This document shows, piece after piece, positions 11,520 to 26,777 of a stretch of 64,000 bases of DNA. Origin of the DNA: Dictyostelium discoideum (taxonomy: Eukaryota); contig CM000154.2 in the NCBI GenBank assembly GCA_000004695.1, positions 1,504,001 to 1,568,000 on the forward strand, written 5' to 3'. A model generated the notes under the pieces. It did not search any database and had not been told where the DNA came from. It saw only the letters and a program-made list of their open reading frames with translations. The position numbers and the translations under genes were made by a program. How positions within the stretch are numbered: the stretch's first letter is position 1; every line of letters starts with the position of its first letter.

Positions 11520-11700
11520 TTTTTCTATGCCTAAAATTACCATATTAATTTCGGTAGGCATATTAATTTCAGCCTAAAATAGTTGGTCTGTGCATGCCAA
11601 AATTAATATGGCTGCTGAAATTAATATGGTAATTCTAGCAGACATAAGTCCCATGCCAAAACTATCATATTAATTTCAGCATCCATTATTAAAATTTTAT
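11520..11700. mobile_element. Transposon-terminus-like block with nested inverted repeats (hairpin-forming).
   Basis: TACCATATTAATTTC at about 11539 and its exact reverse complement GAAATTAATATGGTA at about 11617. Additional copies of the ATATTAATTTCAG core occur in both orientations (GGCATATTAATTTCAGCC / GCTGAAATTAATATGG / CTATCATATTAATTTCAGCATCC). Confidence 0.45.
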
Positions 11701-12330
11701 TAAAAAATAAAATTTATAAAATTTATAAAAAAAAAAAAAGCATTTTTTATTAAAATTTAATTAATACTAAAAAATAAGAAATTATATTAGAATTTTATAA
11801 ATTTTTTTAATTCGAGGTTATTTTTTTTTAAAAAAATAATTATAATAATTATTAGAAAATAGGATATTTTATAAAAAAATAAGATTATTATAAAAAATGT
11901 AGCCTTTATTATTTTAAATAAAATATATTAAAAAATAAGATAAATAAAAAAAAAATAATAAAATATATTAAAAATTAAAACATTATATAATTTTTAACAT
12001 GTTTTATTAAAATATAATAAATACTAAAAAAATGAGATAATATATAGAAGGTTATAAATTTTATTAATTATGGTTTTAATACTAAGATGTTTAGAAAATA
12101 ATAAAATAAATTATAAATAGGGAAATTTTATAATATTCAACATATTTTATTAAAATATAAGTAATCCCTAAAAAATAAGATAAAAAATATTAAATGAAAC
12201 TTTTTATTATTTTAAAAAATATAGGAATTGAATTAATAAAAATAAGATATATTATAAGAATACATATGTTAAAACAAGCAAAATTTTATTAATTTTGAAA
12301 AAAAATAAAAAAAATTTAGAAAAATAATTT
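11700..12330. repeat. Degenerate AT-rich tandem repeats (~100-bp unit containing AAAAATAAGAT...TTTTATTAAAATAT).
   Basis: Recurrent AAAAAATAAGA(T/A) and TTTTATTAAAATATAA(T/G)TAAT(A/C)CTAAAAAA blocks at about 11760, 11870, 11930, 12010, 12160, 12240. Confidence 0.4.
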
Positions 12331-12489
12331 GGCTTTTTTGGCACAACAATGTCCAATAAATTTAGTTAGTAAAAATTCAGACAGATTAATATTGCCATTA
12401 TGTAAAGGTATGATATCAAATAATAATTAAATCAAAATAGCTTTAATATTAATTATTTCTTTTTATTAAAAAATTAAATAGACGTTCCA

Positions 12490-12680
12490 TAATAATCAAT
12501 TGATTTTCAAGACCAGAGAAATCCAATGTGGCCTCATCTGAATGCATGGCGAATACCCATTGTATCCTGTAAGACCAATTAATTCCAATGTAGCTTCATC
12601 TGACGGTATTATGAATACCCATCTTATAAGACCAATTAATTCCAATGTGGCTTCATCTGTTGCAAATCGATTTTCATTTA
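12490..12680. repeat. About 2.6 copies of a ~62-bp tandem repeat (AGACCAATTAATTCCAATGTGGCTTCATCTG...).
   Basis: Three aligned units starting near 12497, 12558 and 12620 share GACCA(A/G)..ATTCCAATGT(G/A)GC(C/T)TCATCTG and ...GAATACCCAT(T/C)(G/T)TAT.. Confidence 0.6.
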
Positions 12681-12819
12681 TTAACTCTTATAATAATATA
12701 TTAAAAATTAATAAAATTTCTTTTTTTTTTAACATATTTTAAAATTTTTTTTTAATTTTTAATGAATTTTATTATTAGTATTATTTTTTTAATAATAAAA
12801 TTATAAATAAATGATTTAT

Positions 12820-12960
12820 TTATCAGAATTTCTACTTCAATTTATCAACCAAGCAGATTCAGAAAAACTTTTTTGGTCCAAAATCATTATTATATATTTC
12901 AAATAAATTTTAAAATCTTTAAATAAATAAATTTTTATTTTATTTCTTTTAAAAACTTTT
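12820..12960 (+). pseudogene. Family X copy D: isolated 3'-end fragment, homologous to 5385-5510.
   Basis: ATCAGAATTTCTACTTCAATT(T/A)AT(C/T)AACCAAGCAGATTCAGAAAAA...TTATTATAT(A)TTTCAAATAAATT shared with copy A, including the 3' flank. Confidence 0.5.
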
Positions 12961-13709
12961 TTTTTTTTTTTTAATATCCTTTTCTTTATTTTTTTTTTTA
13001 ATATTGGTTAATCAATGTTTATCAATTAAAGGAGATAACAATGGTTCATATTTTTTTTATGAATTTTAAATTTAAAATGTAATGCGGTTATTCTTTTTTA
13101 ATTTTAATTATCTATTAATGAATTTTAATAATATATTATTAGTAATAATAATAACCATACATGTGTAGTAAATAATTTATTGTAAATAATTTTTTAGAAT
13201 AAAAAAAAAATAAACCAATGTAAAAATATTTTTTTATTTATTTCTTTTTTATTTCTAATATATATATTATAAATTTTTTGATTAGATATTTTTAATAATT
13301 TTTTTATTTTTTTTTTTTTTTTTCCTTTTTTTTTTTTTTTTTTTTTTTTTTTTGTTTGATAATGTATATTTTAATAAATAAATAAAAAGTTTTTTTTTTT
13401 TTTTTTTTTTTTAAAAAAGGGGTTTATTTTTAGACCAAAAATTTGATGAATTGCTGTAAGGTCGACTTTTATATTAAACACATTTAATAAATTAAAAAAA
13501 TAATTTTAAATCCCATCTGATTTTTCAAATTTTTTTTTTTTTTTTTTTTTTCTTTTTTTTTATTAGGTCCAATACCAATAAAATAAATAATTTAAAAAGA
13601 AAAAAAATAAAAAAAGAAAAATTAACATCCTTTTATAACAATTCTCAAATAAAATATTTTTTTAAAATTTTCAATTTTTTTTTTTTTTTTTTTTTTCAAT
13701 CATACAATT

Positions 13710-17638
<3,929 letters not shown>

Positions 17639-17808
17639 ATAAATAAAATCTTTTTTTTTTTTATTAGTCACCAACTCATACTCTTCATTAAATTATTATT
17701 ATATAAGATATTTTAAAATAATAAAATGATTACCAGTTTATTATTTTTTTTATTTTTATTTTTATATTTATTTTTGTTTATAAATAAAAAAAATTTTAAA
17801 ATTTTTAT

Positions 17809-19561
17809 TTAAACCAAACTTAATATTTTAATATTACCTTGACTATTTGCAGCTAATAAAATATTTGAGTCTTTTTTCCAACAAACTGAACTAACGAATT
17901 GAGAACCATCATCATCAGTTTCTTCACCTGTACCAGAGTTTGCACCGAATCTATGAGTGACAATTGGTTTGGATAAAGTTTTGTAGTATGTGTAAACACC
18001 ATTATTTTCACTGCCACAGCAAATGTAATCACCATTAACGGTGAGACCAACGAAATTCTTTTCATTTGAATGACCAGTGAAAGTTCTAACGCAATCATTT
18101 TGATTAACATTCCATAGTTTCAAAGTACTATCAGTTGAGGCGGATATAATCTCATCCTTATTCATAAATTTGACATAACTAACCGCTTTTCTATGACCCT
18201 TGAAAATGAGTAATGGATCTTTATATTGACGAAGATCATAATAGTGAATGTGATGATCAGCCGAACCAAATGCAATTAAATTCGAAGAGCAAGGATTGAA
18301 TTTAACACAACAAATATTTGCCTTACTCTCGATTGTTGTAATTGCACGTTCAGTTGTTGTTGACCATAGTTTCACTCTTGTATCATCGGAACCTGATGCT
18401 AATTGTGTTGGATCAGTACGTGAGAAATCTACACTCCAAACTCTCTTTTCATGTTCTTCCAATGTCATAATGTTTTGACCAGTATTTGCATCCCATAGGG
18501 ATATGATACCTTCATAATCACTACTGGCAATTTGTGATTTTATATAGGTATTCCAACTTAAACAACTAATCTTTGATCTACAAGTCATCTCTTTAACTGG
18601 TGAATGAACCTCGACATTGTCACGAATTTGACTAAATTCAAATATCTTGATTTTCTTTGTAACGCCTGCAGTCGCAAAATATTCTTCATCCCTATCAAAT
18701 TCTATACTACTAACGATTGATGATGTATTAAATAAATCACCATACTTTAAAGTTGCTAAAACTTTAAATTCATTATATTTTGTAAACTTTAATAAATTTC
18801 TTGAAAAACTTAATAATCCTTTACCAACTTTTAATGATTCTATATTATTATTTAAATTATTTAAATTTGAATTTGTATTATTATTATTATTACTATTACT
18901 ATTACTATTTATTATTGATGAAGATGATGAATTAACTGAATTTGGTGACTTTAATATATTATTATTGTTATGGTTAGTTTCACTTATTATCGTTGGTGAA
19001 TCATAATCTGATTCATTATATGCTGAAAAATAACAACTTTGTAAATCATCTAAATGTATTTCAACTCTTCTTTTCTTACTTATTAATGAATTATTATTAT
19101 TATTTGTTGTTGTTGTTGTTGTTGTTGATATTGAAGATGAGGTTGCTGCTGTTGTTGATGGTGTTGTTGATGGTGGTGGTGTTGCTGCTGTTGTTGTTGT
19201 TGTTGTTGTTGGTGTCGAAGTAGTTGTTGTTGTTGGTGTTGCTGATGTAGTTGTTGCTCCTGTTGTTGTTGTTGTTGATGTTGTTGGTGTTGCTGCTGTT
19301 GTTGTTGTCGTTGCTGCTGTTGTCGTTGCTGCTGTTGTCGTTGCTGCTGTTGTCGTTGCCGTATTTATTCCATTTAAACTTGATTCTAAAATTTTATTAT
19401 TATTCGGGTTATTATTACTATTATTTACATTACTACTATTATTCGGTATATTGTTATTATTACTATTATTATTATTATTATTATTGCTATTATTATTGCT
19501 ACTACTATTATTATTGCTATTATTATTGTTACTACTATTATTATTATTATTGATATTATTA

Positions 19562-19659
<98 letters not shown>

Positions 19660-20180
19660 TGGATTGATATTATTGTTATTATTATTATTATTACTATGAT
19701 GTGGTATTGATAAAACTATATTTGAATCATCACCACCTTTACCAATAAATAAAGCATCCCTTAACATATCTAAATCACCATTCGAAAGTGATTCAGAGAT
19801 ATCTTTTTGATGTTCAATTGCTTTAATATCATTCTCTAAATAAGAGATTTGTCTCTTTAATTGTTTAAAAGTTTCCATTTTTTGTGATCTTGTTTTTTGT
19901 AGGAAATCCAATAGAATATCATATTCAACTTGTTGATCGTGTACCTCTAAATTCTTTTTCTTCTCCAATAATGTTGATACCATTAAATTTATATCATGTA
20001 ATGATAAATTCTCATTACTTAATGTATTTCTAAATTGCTTAACTGTTGGTGTTGGTAATAAACTACTCTTTACTCCAATCTTTTCAACAAATTTATTTAC
20101 TTTTTTTAATTACAAAAAAAATAATAATATAAAATAAAAAATGAAATATTAATATAGATATAGATTATTATTATTATTAC

Positions 20181-20262
<82 letters not shown>

Positions 20263-21011
20263 AAAATTTAAAATAAAATAAACATACATGCAAAATTTGG
20301 AAATATTTGTTCTCTTGTTAAATACACCATACAAATTGGACAAGTTTTTGATTTTGATAAATGAATAATAATACATTGATAACTAATTTTTTTTTTTTAA
20401 TTATTTTAGAAATATTGATTAGAATAAATATGTATATAATGATATATTGATGTATCATTTATATTAATAAATAATAATAATTACCAAAAAGAATGACCAC
20501 ATTTCGAAATGAATGGTTCTTTAATCATATCATTACAAACTGGACATAATAATAACTCGTCTACTTCTTCAGTCGCATCAGAGTTTGACTCTGAATCTTT
20601 TTTAATTTTATATGTTTTTGGATTTAATGTTGACACTTTGTTATTACTATTGTTAATACTACTGTTATTATTATTTGGATTATTTGGATTATTTGAATTA
20701 TTATTATTACCATTACTATTACTATTACTATTACTACCATTTAAATTCTCTAAATTTTCATTCATATCTATATTAGTATTATATAACAATAATGATGATG
20801 ACGATGTTGTTATAGATATCCTAGGTGGTTCTATACTTTCATTACTATTATTATTATTATTATTTGGATTATCTGGATTATTATTATTGAAATTGATATG
20901 ATTATGATTACTATTACCATTTGATATTGGTGATGAAGTTGCCATACCTGGTGAATCAACCATTGTGTTTGTTGGTGTACTACTTGATGCCATTAAATTG
21001 AATGTTTCCAT
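17809..21011 (-). CDS. COP1/RFWD2-type E3 ubiquitin ligase (RING - coiled coil - WD40). Exons 21011-20485, 20382-20288, 20099-17809.
   Basis: Exon 1 ends ...[21 protein letters not shown] + tg|GTAATT. Exon 2 is (C)[31 protein letters not shown]. Exon 3 is (L)NKFVEKIG..., then a coiled coil ([36 protein letters not shown]) and a WD40 beta-propeller ([22 protein letters not shown]...[12 protein letters not shown]...[13 protein letters not shown]...[11 protein letters not shown]...[12 protein letters not shown]...[22 protein letters not shown]). It is collinear with human COP1. A >250-aa poly-N/T/A low-complexity insert lies at 19100-19700. Confidence 0.85.
19380..19690 (-). repeat. Coding (AAT)n / (ACA/ACT)n tracts (poly-N, poly-T) in the COP1-like gene.
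   Basis: (ATT)n on the plus strand from 19437 to 19690. (TGT/TGC)n at 19120-19340. Confidence 0.85.
20163..20270. repeat. (ATT)36 microsatellite inside intron 2 of the COP1-like gene.
   Basis: Lies between the exon-2 donor (20287) and the exon-3 acceptor (20100). Confidence 0.85.
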
Positions 21012-21287
21012 TAATATCGTTTATAATTATCTATTTAAAAATAACTACTTTGATTTATTTGGTGGTGTTTGTATGTGTGGTTTTCCAAAAAAATTTACTG
21101 TATAATAATATTTTTATTTATTTATTTATTTATTAATTGTATAAATTTTTTTTAATATTTATTTAATTGTTTAAAAATAGTGTAAAAAAAAAATAAATAA
21201 AATAAAATAATATAAAAATAATAACTTTTAAAAATAAATAAAAGAGTGAAATATTAATACAAAATGAGCAAACGGTAGAGTGAGTGA

Positions 21288-21345
21288 GTGAGTGAGTGAG
21301 AGGAGAGAGTGTGTGTGTATGTGTGTGTGTAACAATTTGTTGTTA
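21288..21345. promoter_or_regulatory. GA/GT-rich island ((GAGT)6, GAGAGA, (GT)n) in the divergent intergenic region between the COP1-like gene (minus, start 21011) and the centrin-like gene (plus, start 21659).
   Basis: GAGTGAGTGAGTGAGTGAGTGAGAGGAGAGAGTGTGTGTGTATGTGTGTGTGTAAC stands out from the otherwise >85% AT spacer. CA/GT-rich boxes are known dictyostelid promoter elements. Confidence 0.3.
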
Positions 21346-21365
21346 TATTAAAAAATAGTAAGTTG

Positions 21366-21402
<37 letters not shown>

Positions 21403-21658
21403 AAAAAAATATTTTAATATTTACAAAATAAAAAAAAAAAAAAAAAAATTTTCAACAGATTTTTTTTTTTTTTTATTTTTATTTTTAAAATAACAATTAA
21501 ATTGAAAATTTACAACAACCGTAAACTGTAAACGGGAAAATTTTCTTTTTGTTTAAATTAAAATTAAATAAAAAAAAAAAAAAAAATTAAAAAATTAAAA
21601 AATTAAATAGTTAAACAATAAAAAACAACAACAACACCAACACCAACAACAATACAAT

Positions 21659-22324
21659 ATGAAAACTAAAACGTGTAAAAATTTAATTTCAAACGAACAA
21701 ATCCAAGAAGTACAAGAAGTTTATGATACTTTTAAATGTAGAAATGGTAAGATTATATTCAATTACTCTACCCTCTTTATTGGTCCATTTTTTCATTTTA
21801 TTTTATTTTTTTTTATACTAACACCCCCTATTCATCTGATTATATATATATAGGAGAAATGGATAAAATTAATATACAATATGGATTTAGAGCGTTAGGT
21901 GTTAGATTAGGAGAAGAAGAGGTTGAAAAGATATTTAAAAATCAACAATACATTAATTTTAATTCATTTTTAGATATTGTTACACCATTAATCGTAAGAA
22001 TTGTTATCACTACATCATTAATCAATTGCTTCGTTCACTCACTCATTCATTGATTCATTGATTCATTGATTCATTGATTCATTCATATATTAATATTTTT
22101 TTTTGGATATAATTATGTTACATAGTATAAAATTGATGTCTATGCATCATTTGAACAGGCATTTAGTTTATTTGATAGAGATGGCTCTGGTTATATTACA
22201 TTTGATGATTTAAAAACAGTTGCTATTAATTTAGGTGAAGCAAGATCAGATTCAAAATTGTACAATATGATAAAACGTGCAGATTTAAGTAAGTATTATA
22301 ATCCTTATTTTTTTATTTATATAT

Positions 22325-22355
<31 letters not shown>

Positions 22356-22462
22356 GTCTCTTTATATTTAATTTACTAATAAATAATATAATTTTAGATG
22401 GGGATAAAAAAATTAGTAAAATAGAATTTATCCAATTATTATATTGGAAAAAGATATATTGA
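21659..22462 (+). CDS. Centrin/calmodulin-like EF-hand protein, 4 exons (21659-21746, 21854-21993, 22126-22288, 22398-22462).
   Basis: All three introns have GTAAGA/GTAAGT donors and ...TAG acceptors with phases 1,0,1 giving a continuous 151-aa product. EF loops are DRDGSGYITFDDL and DLNGDKKISKIEF. The product ends with the centrin-like ...LLYWKKIY. Confidence 0.75.
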
Positions 22463-23106
22463 TTTAGAAAAAAAAAAAAAAAAAAAAAAAAATGAAAAAA
22501 TGAATAGAAAAAGGAAAAAAAGGAAAAAGGAAAAAGAAAAAGGAAAAAAGGAAAATCAATTGTAAATAATATTTTTTCAAATCATATCAAAAAAAAAAAA
22601 AAAAAAAAAGTTAAAAAGAATATTTTAATTAGTTATGGTAAATCAAAATTTTTTTTTTTTTTATTTTTTTTTTTTTTAAAAAAATTCATTTATTGTACAT
22701 ATTTCTCAATACCGATACTATATTACTATTATTATTATTATTATTATTACTATAATAAATAAAAATTTCTGGACGTGACACTTAGCTAAAAATGGAAATT
22801 GAAGTTCATATTAAATTCATTTTTATTTTTATTTTTATTTTTATTTTTATTTTTATTTTTATTTTTATTTTTTTCATTTTGCTTTTTTTTTCAGTTTCAG
22901 GAAAAAAAACTAAAAAAAAATTATTAAATTAAATTAAATTAATTTGTTGCCATCAACAGATTTTTTATTTTTTTTTTATTTTTATTTTTTTTTTCAATTT
23001 ATTTTTTTAATAATAATAATAATAATAATAATGCTTTTATATTTTATTATTTTTTTTTTTCAACTCCTCACAACAAAGGAAGTTTCATATACATATATAA
23101 AATTCC

Positions 23107-23170
23107 TAAATAAAATAAAATAAAATAAAATAAAATAAAATAAAATAAAATAAAATAAAATAAAATAAAT
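23107..23170. repeat. (AAAAT)~12 pentanucleotide repeat upstream of the SDR gene. Similar (AAAAT)n at 26440-26490, (TTTTTA)n at 22820-22870, (GGAAAAA)n at 22500-22555.
   Basis: Read directly from the sequence. Confidence 0.8.
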
Positions 23171-23196
23171 TAAAATAAAAATTAAAATAAAATAAA

Positions 23197-23381
23197 ATGA
23201 TAACAGCGTCAAAATGGTTTTGGAATGGACTTTGGAATTATACCAATCGTGGTTTCGAGAAAAAGAAACAACATTTTAATGAAAATGATTTAAATCAAGA
23301 TATTAGTTCAAAACATTTTATAATAACTGGTGGAAATAATGGTTTAGGCTTTCAAACTTCTTTAGAATTAGCAAGTAAGAA

Positions 23382-23413
<32 letters not shown>

Positions 23414-24361
23414 TTATTATCAAATTAACCAATGTTTTTATTTTTATTTTATTTTTTTTATTTATTTATAGAACTTGGTGGAAATGTTCATATATTATGC
23501 AGAAATCAAGAGAAAGGTGAACAAGCAATAAATGAAATTAAAGATAAATCAAAATCAGATAAAGTTCATCTTCATTTATGTGATGTTTCAATAATTGGTA
23601 GTATAAAATCATTTGTAGATGATTGGAAGAAACAAGGTAATTCAGTGGATGTATTAATTCATAATGCAGGCGTTATGTTACCAAATAGAGAAGAAACCTC
23701 AGAAGGTCATGAAAAAACATTTGCAACCAATTTATTAGGTCCATTTTTATTAACAAAATTATTAATGTGTGATGATAATAATAGTGGTAGTGGTAGTGGT
23801 GAAGGTGCACATAAAAGAGTTATATTCGTATCATCAGGAGGTATGTTAACATCAAAAATGTCAAAAGATTTTGAATTTAAAAAGTTTACAACAAATAAAA
23901 ATTTAAAATGGGATGGTATGAGAGCATATGCTGAAACCAAAAGAGCAATCATTTATTTAACAGAATTATTTAGTCAAAATTATCAATCATTTAATTCATA
24001 TTCAATGCATCCAGGTTGGGGTAAATATAAATACATAAAATTTTATTAAATTTTATTTAACTAATTTTCCCAATTTTTATAATATTATATTATAGTCAAT
24101 ACAACTGGAGTAATGAATGGAATGCCTTTGTTTTATAAAATGACAAAATCACAATTAAGAACATTGGAACAAGGTTGTGATACAATTGTTTGGTTAGCAG
24201 TTTCACCAACGGTTGAAGATCATTCAAAGTATAGTGGTCAATTTTTTGAAGACCGTCAAATTGTTGATAAATTCATACATAATTCTCATACTGAGTCAAG
24301 TCAAGAAGATATAAATTCTTTATGGAATTATTTAAATGAAATATTTTTAAAGAGTTGTTAA
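23197..24361 (+). CDS. Short-chain dehydrogenase/reductase (DHRS12-like SDR), 3 exons (23197-23374, 23472-24020, 24096-24361).
   Basis: Rossmann TGGNNGLGFQT...HILCRN. NAGV at LIHNAGVM. Catalytic Y-x3-K at YAETK. Donors GTAAGA (23375) and GTAAAT (24021), with in-phase acceptors. Confidence 0.75.
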
Positions 24362-24753
24362 TTAAATATTTTTAAAAAATAAAAATAAAATAAAAAATTT
24401 AAAAATACATTAAAGTAACCACACACACACCACATACTCAACCCCCCACAATAATGATTATTTATTAATATAAAAACAATACAAAAAAAATTGAATATTA
24501 TTTTTTATTGGTTTAATTTAATTTTTATTTATTTAATTTATTTATAAAACACACACATAAAAAAAAAAAAAACAGATTGTGTGTTTATTTTTTATTTTAT
24601 TTTTTTTTTTTTATTTTTTTTTTTTTTTATTATTATCATTATTATTTTATTACTATTAGTATTAAAAATAATATAAATTAATTAATGTAATAATAATATT
24701 ATTGCTGAAAAAAAAAAAAAAAATAGTAAAAAATAAAAAAAAAAAATAAAAAA

Positions 24754-25203
24754 ATGTATAATTATAAAATAATATTATTATTAATAATATTTTATAATTT
24801 TTATATGAAAATAAATGGATTAAATACAACAAATGTTGATTATTATCAAATAAAAAGATATGAAAATTCAGATTGTACTGGAGAAGTAATGACATTTTTT
24901 GTATTTTATGAAAGTTTAATATTCTCATCATACCTTTCAATCCAATTCCTATGTGATAATTCCAATAGAGATAATATAACTTGTGCTATGGTATCAGGTT
25001 ATCCTGATGGTCAATCAATTACAAATTTAGAAAATCCAATTCATATCAGTTCAACAGCTTGTTCAAGAGGTTATAAATTATTTTATGAAAAGGAATTTGA
25101 TTATAATGAAAAAAAATATTGTGTAGTTTCTGAATATTCAACGTATGTAATAGATTAAATAAAAAAAAAAAATAAAAAATAAATTATTAATATTTTTTTT
25201 TTC

Positions 25204-25234
<31 letters not shown>

Positions 25235-25692
25235 TAATTTGGGTTTGATTTAAAAGAATGTCATGTGAATATAGACCAATTTTAAATTTTGGAAATATTA
25301 AAAATGTTTGTTTTAAAGGTAAATATTATGAATGTTCAACATTGTCATTTAAGGAACGTACATGTGGTGTATTATTGAATAAAACAATTTATGATAAAGA
25401 ACCAGTGGTTGAAATTGCAACATATGTTTGTATGGGTGATATTAAATATGAAAGATCTGTAGTTGTACATGCTGTTACAATTAAAGGTGCAATTGATCCA
25501 AATATAAAGGGAATTTATGCACCAAATTTAAGACCATCAAATGGTGATTATAGTCTAGATACCGATGACCAAGATTACAATCCTGAATTTTATTATAATA
25601 GTTCATTATCATCATCATTATATCATCAAATACTTTATTTTCCAATCATTGTAATTTTTATAAAATCGACTTTAATTTTATTAATATTTTAA
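24754..25692 (+). CDS. Small Cys-containing secreted protein with a C-terminal hydrophobic (GPI-signal-like) tail. Possibly one gene: 24754-25142 + 25257-25692 joined across a 114-bp intron in phase, or two adjacent small genes.
   Basis: N-terminal signal peptide MYNYKIILLLIIFYNFYM. A GTATGT donor at 25143 and AAAAG acceptor at 25256 keep the frame into MSCEYRP.... C-terminus ...SSLSSSLYHQILYFPIIVIFIKSTLILLIF resembles a GPI-anchor signal. Confidence 0.35.
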
Positions 25693-25814
25693 AATAATTA
25701 AATAATAATAATTAATCACTTTATTTGGGAAAAAAAAAAAAAAAAAGAATAAATAAAAAAAAAAAATTCTATTTTTGGTGAGAAATTAAAAATAGCCAAG
25801 ATTTAATCAAAAAC

Positions 25815-25845
<31 letters not shown>

Positions 25846-26777
25846 AAAAAAAAAAAAAAGGTAATAACACATATAATTTAAATCTTTATTTTGTTGAATC
25901 ATTTATTTTTTTTTTAAAAAAGCAATAAAAAAAATGAAAATAAGAAATTTTTTTTTTATTTTTTTTTTATGTATAAAATATATTCCCTACTCGTTGATCT
26001 TCATCTTATAAAAAAAATATCTTCATCTTAACAATTAAAAAAAAAAAAAATAAAATAAAAATTCTAGAATAATGTATATTCGTACACCTAATTATTTTAA
26101 TTTTTTTTTTGGTGTAACCTTTATCATTATTTAAATTTTTTTTATTTTTTAAGATGCAGATATTTTTTAAGATTGGGGACGTCTTTTTTTTTTAATTATT
26201 TTTATTTTTTTTTTTTTTTATATTTTTTTTTTTTTTATTTTTTTTTTTTATGAAAATTTTTATTTTTTTTTTTTATTTTTTTTTTATTTTAGTTGTGGTG
26301 AGACAGTTTGTTTGTTCTTTGTATGTCTATGACCAAAGTTTTTAAAAAAAAATCAATTCAACCACTTCAAAATCTCATCACAAGGGAACAATCAAAAATA
26401 AAATAATATTACGATTTTGTTTTTTTTTTTAAAAAAAAAAAATAAAATAAAATAAAATAAAATAAAATAAAATAAAATAAAATAAAACAAAATAAAAAAA
26501 AAATAAAAAAAATAAAAAATAAAAAATAATAATAATAATAATAAAAATAAGATAATAAAGATAAATCCTTTAATAATTAATTACTTATTTATTTATTTAT
26601 TTATTATTCATTTATTATTATTTTAAAAACCAAGTATTTTTTTTTTTTTTTTTATTCATTTATTTTTTATTTTTTCAATTAATGTATATGCAATTAATTG
26701 CATATACGAAAAAATAATTAAAATTAAATTTATTTCAATAATATCTAAAAATTGTAAAAACAAAAGAAAAAAAAAAT

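Noticed and set aside
19251-19699. Plus-strand poly-L/poly-Y ORFs and 18647-19223 ORFs
   Set aside because: Antisense of the poly-N/poly-T coding repeats in the COP1-like gene. Stop-free only because (AAT)n has no stops in any frame.
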